This document shows positions 9,079-17,379 of a stretch of DNA of 32,000 nt, piece by piece. Location of the stretch: the NCBI RefSeq assembly GCF_002803295.2, contig NZ_PGGB02000015.1, positions 1,528 to 33,527 on the forward strand. The letters are read 5' to 3'. The stretch's first letter is position 1. Each line of letters opens with the position of its first letter. The stretch comes from Caedibacter taeniospiralis (lineage in GTDB: Bacteria > Pseudomonadota > Gammaproteobacteria > Francisellales > Francisellaceae). Position numbers and translations under genes: made by a program. The notes beneath the pieces are model-generated. The model worked only from the letters and a program-made list of their open reading frames with translations, was not told the DNA's origin and did no database searches.

Positions 9079-9512
9079 GCTAAGTCAGTCGATAAGCCGG
9101 GTTCTGTCGTGGACAGTCATTTATCTAGATATTATGTCGCCACAATACTCAAGCAGCCTACCCGATTGCAGTGCGAGCCACACTATTACAATCCTATTTG
9201 GCTTTGCTTCAGATGGGGTTTGCCATGCCACTTTTGTTACCAAAAGCGCGGTGCGCTCTTACCGCACCTTTTCACCCTTACCTGTATGAAAACATACATT
9301 GGCGGTCTATTCTCTGTTGCACTTTCCGTAAGCTCACACCTCCCAGGAGTTACCTGGCACCTTGCTCTATGAAGCCCGGACTTTCCTCATCTGACCACTA
9401 AGTCCCAGGCTCAAAAACATTTAGCTGAGACCATCCTGCCTAAACTCACACTAAAGTTTTCATTCTAAACCATAAACTTAGTGGTCAGATGCGACTGCCT
9501 GACCAACTTAGC
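9079..9512 (-). ncRNA. rnpB: RNase P RNA, bacterial type A
   Basis: The reverse complement contains GAGGAAAGTCCGGGCTTCATAG, CAGGTAACTCCTGGGAGG, and near the 3' end GACAGAACCCGGCTTATCGACTGACTTAG. P1 is formed by CTAAGTTGGTC (9501..9511) with GACTGACTTAG (9080..9090). Ends are approximate. Confidence 0.96.
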
Positions 9513-9519
9513 GGGCGTT

Positions 9520-9549
9520 ATTATAGGCTAAGCTTGCGGCGAATAGCAA
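9520..9549 (-). promoter_or_regulatory. candidate sigma70 promoter of rnpB
   Basis: The - strand has TATAAT at 9525..9520, 7 nt before the inferred RNA 5' end (9512), with TTGCTA at 9549..9544 at 18-nt spacing. Confidence 0.65.
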
Positions 9550-10207
9550 TAATCTCTTGTTCGGAAATGGTTTTTAAGCGACTAAATTCCGTTTGTAATC
9601 CCAGAAGCTTTTCACTTGCACGCTTTTGAAACTCCCTGACTTTTTGATCACAATCCATACGAGTCGTGAATAATTCACTTTGCGCACTTTGGTACTGCTC
9701 CAAGGCCTCCAATCTTGAACTTCTTATAGCTGCAAGTGCCTGAAATAATTTTTGAATTATTTCAGTTTCTTGTTGTAAGCGCTCCAAGGTCAATGGCTCT
9801 CGTGGGGCAATCGCTGCATAGGATTCATCTGAATTGCTATTGCCTATAAATTGCGTTCTTGAATATGGTTTCTTATGACCATTCTGAACTGAGGACTCCT
9901 GTGTGCAATTACGCTGCAACTTTCTCGACTTGAAACTGCTGATATCTGGTCTTCGCAGTTTGTTATTGCTGCCAGCCCCATAACTCGTTTCAGCTCTTGT
10001 TTCAGTGGATCTGAACTTTGGCTTTACTTCGTTGCTTAAATGAGGATTTTCTTTCTGCCATTTCCCTAGCAAAACGGCAATTTGTGCATGGGTACCCCTT
10101 CTTAGTTCTCTGCGCACATATTCGAGTGTAACTTTACGCCCTTCCTGATTTAATCTCTCTGCTACTGCAGCAAGCTCCTCATAACTTATCTGGTTATCTT
10201 CTGACAT
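9521..10207 (-). CDS. KfrA N-terminal DNA-binding-domain-like protein with C-terminal coiled coil
   Basis: SYEELAAVAERLNQEGRKVTLEYVRRELRRGTHAQIAVLLGKWQKENP resembles the KfrA_N pattern (A..L..G..pT...VR..LG.GS...I...L..W). The C-terminal Glu/Lys-rich helical stretch is consistent with a coiled coil. Confidence 0.7.
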   Translation of the reverse strand: MSEDNQISYEELAAVAERLNQEGRKVTLEYVRRELRRGTHAQIAVLLGKWQKENPHLSNEVKPKFRSTETRAETSYGAGSNNKLRRPDISSFKSRKLQRNCTQESSVQNGHKKPYSRTQFIGNSNSDESYAAIAPREPLTLERLQQETEIIQKLFQALAAIRSSRLEALEQYQSAQSELFTTRMDCDQKVREFQKRASEKLLGLQTEFSRLKTISEQEIIAIRRKLSL

Positions 10208-10231
10208 GGATTCCCTTAATACTCCAATATT

Positions 10232-10438
10232 TTATACTTGATGTAAGGATGAAAATAAGCACCATCTTTTTAGCTGTCCACTCAAGGAAAGAGCTCGCAG
10301 TGCGAAGCCACGAGATAGCTCGAAAATATCAACATTGCGAAGGTTTGTATTACTTAACTTTGTAGTAGAAAATACTCTAGAGGCAAACTCACCGCGCGGA
10401 TTATGACCAAACTTTCGCTTAAGTTCAAGAAAAATCAT
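10232..10438 (-). CDS. possible small 68-aa protein overlapping the permease stop codon (unknown)
   Basis: The ATG at 10438..10436 overlaps the permease TGA as ATGA; no recognisable domain. Confidence 0.3.
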   Translation of the reverse strand: MIFLELKRKFGHNPRGEFASRVFSTTKLSNTNLRNVDIFELSRGFALRALSLSGQLKRWCLFSSLHQV

Positions 10439-11670
10439 GCCAGGATCGTTAAAAGACCAGAACTACTACATAATTGCAACACGATAATCAGTGTCCCAGT
10501 GAACATTAATATCAATAAATATAATTTGCTTATTAGCGTATTGCGCGCCTCTTTACACCGCAAAGACCATGTCATACATGCAGGCAATATAATTAGCAAA
10601 ACACACACAAAGATACTCGCATATCCCAAAGCTGCAAGAAAACCATTAACAAAGAAAACAGCAAAAATCAGGGGAGGAAGATAGGTAATAGCAAAGTTTA
10701 ATAATCGAAACGGCGTCGTTTTCTTAAACTTATACGTGTCTTGATTAAAGTGAAACAGCGCCAAAGTCACGCCCAGAAAGGACGTCGTGACAGCAACATT
10801 CGAAAACCCAATAATAAACCCACTAGCACTTCGAACATTAAGTAAATGATGATACGCCATTCCCAAATCAATGCCATGAGTCATTAAATATTTAAAACCA
10901 TAATTTCCTAATACGGGAATAACGCCCAAAGTGACCATTACCCAAACGGTATAAACAACAAAAGGGACACAAGCTCCCACTACCACGACACGCTTTAGCA
11001 CCTGGTCATTTTTAAAATAATTACGTATTGTTGGGATTACAATATGAAAACCAAAAGAAGTAATCAAAATTGGAAACGCATACCAGGCATAGCCAATGCC
11101 CATGCTCGCCTCACTTAATAAACTTTTTTGCACGTAGGGCACGATAACCACGATAATGCCAAGAAAACACAATGCTTTTAAAGCAAAAAACAACTTGTTA
11201 AGCTGATCCACTGCCGAGGTACCAAAATAAATAATAGCCCCAAGAATCAGGGTAAAGAGCAAAGCACCATACCCTCCTGAGTGACTTACCCCAAATACGT
11301 ATTGATCTAAAAGCCCACCCCCCATAGCAATGTAAGCCGTCGTTAGTGCATATAACAGCAACAGGTACGCAAGCCAGTTTACCACCTGCCCAAATCGCCC
11401 TAAGGTAGCATATGCCATGGTATTTAAATCTGCTCCAAATGGCTGGCGTGTATTTACTTCAACCATCAAAAGTGCTGTTGCCAACATGATAATCCAATTA
11501 ATAAACAGGAGGATCAGCGCAGTCTTGAACCCGACAGCAGCCACGGCATACGGAATGGCGAGCATCCCCGCCCCAATAGAAGTCCCAGCAATGAGCAAAA
11601 CACCTCCAAGCTTCTTCATCCTTGAAACCGTTTGTGGCATATCATTTTCCAACATATTTTTGTGAATCAA
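10435..11670 (-). CDS. aromatic amino acid permease (Trp/Tyr permease family, TyrP/Mtr-like)
   Basis: GGVLLIAGTSIGAGMLAIPYAVAAVGF N-terminal signature, about 11 hydrophobic segments, ITSFGFHIVIPTIRNYF, and SNVAVTTSFLGVTLALFHF. Confidence 0.88.
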   Translation of the reverse strand: MIHKNMLENDMPQTVSRMKKLGGVLLIAGTSIGAGMLAIPYAVAAVGFKTALILLFINWIIMLATALLMVEVNTRQPFGADLNTMAYATLGRFGQVVNWLAYLLLLYALTTAYIAMGGGLLDQYVFGVSHSGGYGALLFTLILGAIIYFGTSAVDQLNKLFFALKALCFLGIIVVIVPYVQKSLLSEASMGIGYAWYAFPILITSFGFHIVIPTIRNYFKNDQVLKRVVVVGACVPFVVYTVWVMVTLGVIPVLGNYGFKYLMTHGIDLGMAYHHLLNVRSASGFIIGFSNVAVTTSFLGVTLALFHFNQDTYKFKKTTPFRLLNFAITYLPPLIFAVFFVNGFLAALGYASIFVCVLLIILPACMTWSLRCKEARNTLISKLYLLILMFTGTLIIVLQLCSSSGLLTILA

Positions 11671-11753
11671 AAAATTAGCGAAACCTCATGTTATCATTAC
11701 AAACAAAACTGGCAACCAATTTTCTCTTACTGCTACGTAATTTTTTATCCCAC

Positions 11754-12770
11754 TTAAGCATTATTTAAAGCTGCTCTTGGCTTAACATCAATCGCCATAT
11801 CTTTATCACAAAAGCCATTTTCTAGGCGATAAGCACCTGCCACGGCAATCATCGCACCGTTGTCTGTGCAATACCTCAATGGGGGATAATAGACTTGCCA
11901 GTGATTTTTTAGCGCAAGCCTGCTTAACGTTTCTCTTAGATGCTTATTGGCACTTACACCACCTGAAACGACCAGATTTTTGATCCCAGTATGTTTCAGT
12001 GCACGTTTGCATTTGATCGAAATCGTATCAACTACTGCCTCCTGAAAGGCATAAGCAATATCTGATTTTGTCTGCTCACTCTTGTCTTCCAGGAGCTGCC
12101 AGGCATTAAGCACTGCAGTCTTTAAACCACTAAAGCTAAAATCAAACCCAGGTCGATCACACATAGGTCGAGGGAATATAAACTCACTCAGATGACCATT
12201 CTCTGCAAGCCTGGCTAAATGAGGACCTCCTGGATATGGAAGACCTAACAACTTTGCTGTTTTATCAAACGCTTCACCTGCAGCATCATCAATCGACTCC
12301 CCCAGAAGCTCATAACTGCCAAACTTCTGCACCTCAATCAGCTGGGTGTGTCCTCCTGAGATTAATAATGCAATATATGGATATTCAGGCTTATCTTCCT
12401 CATTAAGTAACGGGGCTAATAAATGCCCTTCCAGATGGTGAATCGCGATGGCAGGGATATCTAGCATAAAGCTTAAGGTTTTAGCAAATGCCGCACCAAC
12501 CATCAACGCACCAACCAATCCTGGCATGGCGGTGTAGGCTATTGCATCAATGGCTTTCAATGACAGCTTCGCCTCTGTTAATGCCGCTTTTGCTAAAGGC
12601 AAAAGTTTTGCCACATGATCTCTTGAAGCAAGTTCAGGAATAACTCCACCATATGGTGCATGCAAATCAATTTGACTATACAACTCATTAGCTAATAGCT
12701 TCTGGGTACGACTATCGTAAATGGCAATGCCTGTTTCATCACATGAAGTTTCAATTCCTAAGACAATCAC
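11754..12770 (-). CDS. tsaD: tRNA N6-adenosine threonylcarbamoyltransferase
   Basis: [43 protein letters not shown], and [16 protein letters not shown] motifs. Confidence 0.97.
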   Translation of the reverse strand: MIVLGIETSCDETGIAIYDSRTQKLLANELYSQIDLHAPYGGVIPELASRDHVAKLLPLAKAALTEAKLSLKAIDAIAYTAMPGLVGALMVGAAFAKTLSFMLDIPAIAIHHLEGHLLAPLLNEEDKPEYPYIALLISGGHTQLIEVQKFGSYELLGESIDDAAGEAFDKTAKLLGLPYPGGPHLARLAENGHLSEFIFPRPMCDRPGFDFSFSGLKTAVLNAWQLLEDKSEQTKSDIAYAFQEAVVDTISIKCKRALKHTGIKNLVVSGGVSANKHLRETLSRLALKNHWQVYYPPLRYCTDNGAMIAVAGAYRLENGFCDKDMAIDVKPRAALNNA

Positions 12771-12997
12771 AGCGGTGTTGCCCTTTTAATCTTATTGCAG
12801 CGTTTTCCCCTCGAAAAAAGTAAAAGCAACATTCCCACCGTGAGACCCACAATAAATACCAGTAGCAGCAATAGAATCAGGGGCAAGTTGAATGAGCCCA
12901 GTAAATAATTGAAGCTCACAGGCTGCGCATTAAGCACAGCCAATACACATACCAAGACAAATACAATCACTAACAACACATAGCCAACAACACGCAT
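12767..12997 (-). CDS. lapA: LapA-domain (DUF1049) small membrane protein
   Basis: [60 protein letters not shown] has two TM segments and the [12 protein letters not shown] motif. The ORF track starts at TTG 13024; I prefer the ATG at 12997. Confidence 0.8.
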   Translation of the reverse strand: MRVVGYVLLVIVFVLVCVLAVLNAQPVSFNYLLGSFNLPLILLLLLVFIVGLTVGMLLLLFSRGKRCNKIKRATPL

Positions 12998-13205
12998 TAC
13001 TCTTTCCCAGGTTACTAACGCCAAAAAACCGTTGCATCATACCACATTTACGCGCAAAAGTTTTAGCTTGTTTTTAATCGCGCTCAACGCAAGAATTTAG
13101 CTTTCATTAACAAGCACTATTTGTTAGAATGCAGCTGCTTTTGTTTCATGTTTTTAGGCTTAGGACCAAATTTCCGCCCAAACAAAATAGATGCTGTCAT
13201 TCCCG

Positions 13206-13229
13206 CCTGACCACTCTGGAGTGGTCAAG
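13206..13229. repeat. imperfect palindrome CCTGACCACTCTGGAGTGGTCAAG nested in an ATTCCCGC...GCGAAGGCGAGAATCC repeat
   Basis: 9-bp perfect arms TGACCACTC/GAGTGGTCA with a 2-nt centre; related in sequence to 5198..5221. Confidence 0.8.
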
Positions 13230-13445
13230 CCCGCGAAGGCGAGAATCCAGCTTTCAAATGACTCCTGCAACCTCGCACAGGGTGACGATGGGCGGAAACA
13301 TGGTGAGGGTCTATTTTTAACAAAACAAAAACTGATTTGACATGGATTTTGGCTATTGTAAATCGATTGGGAAAAACAGATTGCACCAACGCAATATATA
13401 TCACCCCAATACCTGTGTACACATGGCTTACAAAAACTTGCATAT

Positions 13446-13477
13446 GCACAAAAGCAATGCCCAAGGCATTTTTGTGC
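13446..13477. repeat. intergenic hairpin GCACAAA-agc-AATGCC / GGCATT-TTTGTGC
   Basis: 7+6 bp paired with a 3-nt bulge and 3-nt loop, in the non-coding stretch upstream of rne. Confidence 0.6.
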
Positions 13478-13941
13478 AGTTGTGAAGAACTAGTCCCATT
13501 GCGCATTTTATGTGCTCAGTGTGACTGATGATTTAGAGGGATTAATAATGCAGTGACTTACAGACGTCATTGGAAATGCTTCTCTTAGAGAAAAAATTAA
13601 GAGCAGCATTTAGGAAAAAATCTCACGTTAAATCGCATAAATAAAGGTATTAGGGCAAAAATTTAAGTGCCCAATTTGTGAATCTACTTAGACCCGTGCT
13701 CTTAAGCAAAAGTCTATAGAGCGTCATGATCAAGTAAGGTGACCCGTTGGCGCGAAATAAAACTATGGAAAACACAAATAAATAATGATGGTTTTTATAA
13801 CAATAATAACAATAACAGCTTACCTGACTTGGGTTTTAACTAACCAGGGTTGGGATTTATCTCATGCAAACTCATCATTCCAGCACTTAGCTTTACCTGT
13901 AATACCTTTTAAACAATCATTATTTAAAAGGATAACAACAT

Positions 13942-16560
13942 ATGAAAAAAATGCTGATCAACGCCCGCCAGACCGAAGAAACGCGTATTGCTATTGTCGA
14001 CAATGTTCAATTGATGGATTTAGACATCGAGAGCGTCGATAGAGAACAAAAAAAAGCTAATATCTATAAGGCCAGGATTTCTCGCATTGAGCCAAGCTTA
14101 AATGCCATCTTTATTAACTATGGTGAGGACAAGAATGGATTTTTACCCTTCAAAGAGATCTCTCCTGAGTATTTTAAGAAAGCCACTAAAGAACAAAATC
14201 CGCCACTAAACGAATTACTGGAGGTTGGTCAAGAGCTTATTGTGCAAATTGCTAAAGAAGAGCGTGGTAGCAAGGGTGCAGCATTAACCACCTTCATCAC
14301 CCTGGCAGGCTGCTATATGGTTTTAATGCCAAACAACGCGAGTGCTGGCGGTATTTCACGTCGCATTGAGGGCGATGAGCGTCAAAAACTTAAAACCTTA
14401 TTTGACTCATTAACCATTCCTGCAAACATGGGAGTGATTATCCGTACCGCAGGCGTTGATCGCCAAGCTGATGAAATTCAGGCCGATTTAGATACGCTGG
14501 TCAACCTGTGGGATGCAATCAAACGCGTTTCATACCAGCGCAAAGCACCTTTTTTGATCCACAAAGAAAGTGACATCACGATTCGCGCCATCCGTGATCA
14601 CTTAAAAGACGACATTAAAGAAATTATTATTGATGACGAGGAGGCTTATGAAGACTTAAAGCGCCAGCTTACCATGCTGCGCCCGCAATTTGTTGAACGT
14701 TTACAGCTTTACAAAAAAGAACTTCCTCTTTTCAACGCATTTCAAATTGAAAAGCAAATTGAAAGTGCCTTTAAACGCGAAGTTCATCTTCCCTCTGGTG
14801 GTTCTATTGTGATTGACACCACCGAAGCCTTAACAGCAATAGATATCAACTCTGCACGCTCGACCAAAGGGGATAACATCGAGGAAACTGCATTAGCGAC
14901 AAATTTAGAAGCCGCTGAAGAAATCGCAAGGCAGCTGCGCCTGCGCGATTTAGGCGGCTTAATCGTTGTTGACTTCATCGATATGGCATTTTTCCCTAAT
15001 CAAAAGGCAGTTGAGCAGAAGCTGGTTGATGCCCTGTTTAGTGATCGCGCGCGCATCCAGATGACACGCATTTCTAAATTTGGTCTGGTTGAGATTTCGC
15101 GTCAGCGTTTGCAAGCCTCATTGGGAGAGTCCGTCATGCACGCGTGCCCTCGCTGCGAAGGACACGGGTTTATTCGCTCAATCCCTTCACTTGCCTTATC
15201 CATCTTGCGCAACGTACATGCTGAGGCAATTCGAGAGAAAACTAATGAATTACGTGTTCAGCTCCCTATTGATGTCGCCACATTCCTGTTGAATGAAAAA
15301 CGCGATGAGTTGTCACAGATTGAAGAAGGCACCAGCACTAAAGTAACCCTTATTCCCAATGCTAATTTGCAATCACCGCACTACAGTGTACAACGTATTT
15401 GGGGAGACGCTTACACCGCCAGTCGCCCAAGTTATGATTTAATAGAAGACAATAAAAATATTGAGTTATATAAAGCCCCTAGACAGGATAAAGCCAAGCA
15501 ACCCGCGCTTAAATCAGTCAATTACAACCAAGTGCAAAACACCGCCGAGCAAAAATCCGAACAATCACCCGTCATAAAGCCAACAGTCACACAGGCACCC
15601 AAAGCAAAGCAAGAACCAGCTGAAAAAGGTTTCTGGGCGAAGCTCAGTGCATTTTTCTTTACTGAACAATCAGACACTGAAAAGCAAAAAGACAATTCAA
15701 CCGATAAGCAAGCTCCAAAAGCGGTAAGTCAAAAATCTGAGCTCAACCAAAAAACCCAAACTCGCGATGGTAATCGTGGTAATAGTCGCGATAATAATCG
15801 CGGCAATAAGGCGCAATATGACAAGCGTCGCCAGAATCAGCAAGCTGGCGAGCGTGATGAGAGTCGTGCCAATCGTGAGGACAACCGCGATAATAAGGAA
15901 ACGAATCAAGGCAATGACAACAACCGTAATGATCGTGGTGAACGTAGGGATCGGGGGGATCGTGACAAAGGAAATAGAGGTAACAATCGCAACAACCAAC
16001 GCCTACAGGTTCATCAAAGCGAAGAAGTTGTTGACATTACCATGCTGAAAAAAGAAGCTCCTGAGGTCATTAAGGCAGCAAAAGAAAAGTCTCTGATGAA
16101 GACGATTTCAACCATGCCAGAAGAAAAAATCTCTGTGATGGTGCGTGAAGTGCTTGCTGAAGTGAATACCTTAAGCAGTGACCACGCCACACAGGTGGAG
16201 ACGCATGCTCAACGCACACGCAAAGTAAAATATCTTAACTTTGAGGTGGTAGATACTCAAAAGTTAAGTGCTGAAATGGTCGAACAGGAGAAAGCCAAGA
16301 AAGTAGCCCTGGCTGAAGTAAAAGAGGCAAAAAATGAGGTTATGATTTCTGAAGATCTTGACATTATTGTTGATGTAGAAACACCATATGAAAATCGGGG
16401 TGTAGTTGAGGAAGATGCTCAGGAAACACATGAAGTTGCCAATGGTCAGCCCCAACAATCTAAAAAGCCTCGCCCACGTAAAAACCCCCGCACACCAACA
16501 CACATGGAGTACTCAGCAGCCGTTGATGTAGGCTCTCAAGGCTTTATTACCAAGGCATAA
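13942..16560 (+). CDS. rne: ribonuclease E
   Basis: MKKMLINARQTEETRIAIVDN start, S1 domain, IVVDFIDM catalytic region, CPRCEGHGFIRS Zn-link, and a long disordered C-terminal arm. Confidence 0.97.
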   Translation: MKKMLINARQTEETRIAIVDNVQLMDLDIESVDREQKKANIYKARISRIEPSLNAIFINYGEDKNGFLPFKEISPEYFKKATKEQNPPLNELLEVGQELIVQIAKEERGSKGAALTTFITLAGCYMVLMPNNASAGGISRRIEGDERQKLKTLFDSLTIPANMGVIIRTAGVDRQADEIQADLDTLVNLWDAIKRVSYQRKAPFLIHKESDITIRAIRDHLKDDIKEIIIDDEEAYEDLKRQLTMLRPQFVERLQLYKKELPLFNAFQIEKQIESAFKREVHLPSGGSIVIDTTEALTAIDINSARSTKGDNIEETALATNLEAAEEIARQLRLRDLGGLIVVDFIDMAFFPNQKAVEQKLVDALFSDRARIQMTRISKFGLVEISRQRLQASLGESVMHACPRCEGHGFIRSIPSLALSILRNVHAEAIREKTNELRVQLPIDVATFLLNEKRDELSQIEEGTSTKVTLIPNANLQSPHYSVQRIWGDAYTASRPSYDLIEDNKNIELYKAPRQDKAKQPALKSVNYNQVQNTAEQKSEQSPVIKPTVTQAPKAKQEPAEKGFWAKLSAFFFTEQSDTEKQKDNSTDKQAPKAVSQKSELNQKTQTRDGNRGNSRDNNRGNKAQYDKRRQNQQAGERDESRANREDNRDNKETNQGNDNNRNDRGERRDRGDRDKGNRGNNRNNQRLQVHQSEEVVDITMLKKEAPEVIKAAKEKSLMKTISTMPEEKISVMVREVLAEVNTLSSDHATQVETHAQRTRKVKYLNFEVVDTQKLSAEMVEQEKAKKVALAEVKEAKNEVMISEDLDIIVDVETPYENRGVVEEDAQETHEVANGQPQQSKKPRPRKNPRTPTHMEYSAAVDVGSQGFITKA

Positions 16561-16586
16561 GTCAGGATTTTATAAACTTACTAAGC

Positions 16587-16617
16587 GTAGGGTGGATAAG
16601 CCGAAGGCGCATCCACG
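16587..16617. repeat. REP-like repeat, copy 2 (GTAGGGTGGATAAGCCGAAGGCGCATCCACG), inverted relative to copy 3
   Basis: Also folds on itself: GTGGAT (16592..16597) with ATCCAC (16611..16616). Confidence 0.85.
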
Positions 16618-16642
16618 CGGAAAAGCAAACAGGTTGAGTATT

Positions 16643-16676
16643 GGTGGAGGCGCCTTCGGCTTATCTACCCTACTAC
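16643..16676. repeat. REP-like repeat, copy 3 (GGTGGAGGCGCCTTCGGCTTATCTACCCTACTAC)
   Basis: Its reverse complement matches copy 2; together they form a BIME-like inverted pair with 25-nt spacing. Confidence 0.85.
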
Positions 16677-16751
16677 TACCCGTCAGAGCAAATAGATATC
16701 TTAATTAAACTTGAGATTCTTAACCTCACAAACCTAAAAAAGGGGATAATT

Positions 16752-17324
16752 ATGATCAGTATCAAACCTAAAACCATGCTCAGTATCAGCCTGTTCTTCT
16801 CAGGCTTAGGTTTCCAAATAGCTCATGCCTGTATCTCTAAAGAATACAATGATGCTTATGCTCTTTTTAAGCACAGCGAATACACCAAATCAGTGCCTGC
16901 CTTTACCAAGTTATACCACAATGGCTGTCCCACTTCACCTTACTTTCTAGGCACTTATTATACTTATGGGATTGCAGTGGAAGAAAACTATGACACAGCC
17001 ATTAAGTATTTTGATCAGTTTTTAGATAAAAAGAACTTGGCGCAACCGCGAGATTATCGCGCTAATGCGTATCGTGCCCTAGCATTGATTTATCAATCAA
17101 AAAACCAGACACAAAAAGCACATGACTACCTGGTGGATTCAGCCAAATTAGGTAACACTGAGGCGATGTTTTTATTAGGACGCTCCTACATCAATGAAGG
17201 GCTACCCTATCACACGACAACCAACTTAAAAGAAGCTTACGTGTGGCTTAATAAAGCAGCGAATTATGGCAATGTTGAAGCAATGAAATTGATATATGAG
17301 CACTCGCTGCAAAAATATGCCTAA
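16752..17324 (+). CDS. secreted/periplasmic tetratricopeptide (Sel1-like) repeat protein
   Basis: Signal-like N-terminus MISIKPKTMLSISLFFSGLGFQIAHAC; repeats PYFLGTYYTYGIAVEENYDTAIKYFDQFL and AMFLLGRSYINEG...NLKEAYVWLNKAANYGNVEAMKLI; AGGGGATAATT SD-like region before the ATG. Confidence 0.8.
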   Translation: MISIKPKTMLSISLFFSGLGFQIAHACISKEYNDAYALFKHSEYTKSVPAFTKLYHNGCPTSPYFLGTYYTYGIAVEENYDTAIKYFDQFLDKKNLAQPRDYRANAYRALALIYQSKNQTQKAHDYLVDSAKLGNTEAMFLLGRSYINEGLPYHTTTNLKEAYVWLNKAANYGNVEAMKLIYEHSLQKYA

Positions 17325-17379
17325 GCGCTATTATTAAGCAGTTCACACTTTTTAAAATCATAAAAACAGGCGGCAATTC

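Noticed and set aside
9109-9401. + strand ORFs 9109..9372 and 9171..9401
   Set aside because: They lie entirely within and antisense to the RNase P RNA gene; the translations show no protein-family signal.
13129-13528. ORFs 13129..13320 (+), 13225..13506 (-), 13337..13528 (+)
   Set aside because: Mutually overlapping, pass through repeat/palindromic sequence, and have no recognisable domains.
13785-14042. + strand ORF 13785..14042 overlapping the rne start
   Set aside because: Overlaps the first ~100 nt of rne in another frame; the C-terminal half is a shadow of rne and there is no domain signal.
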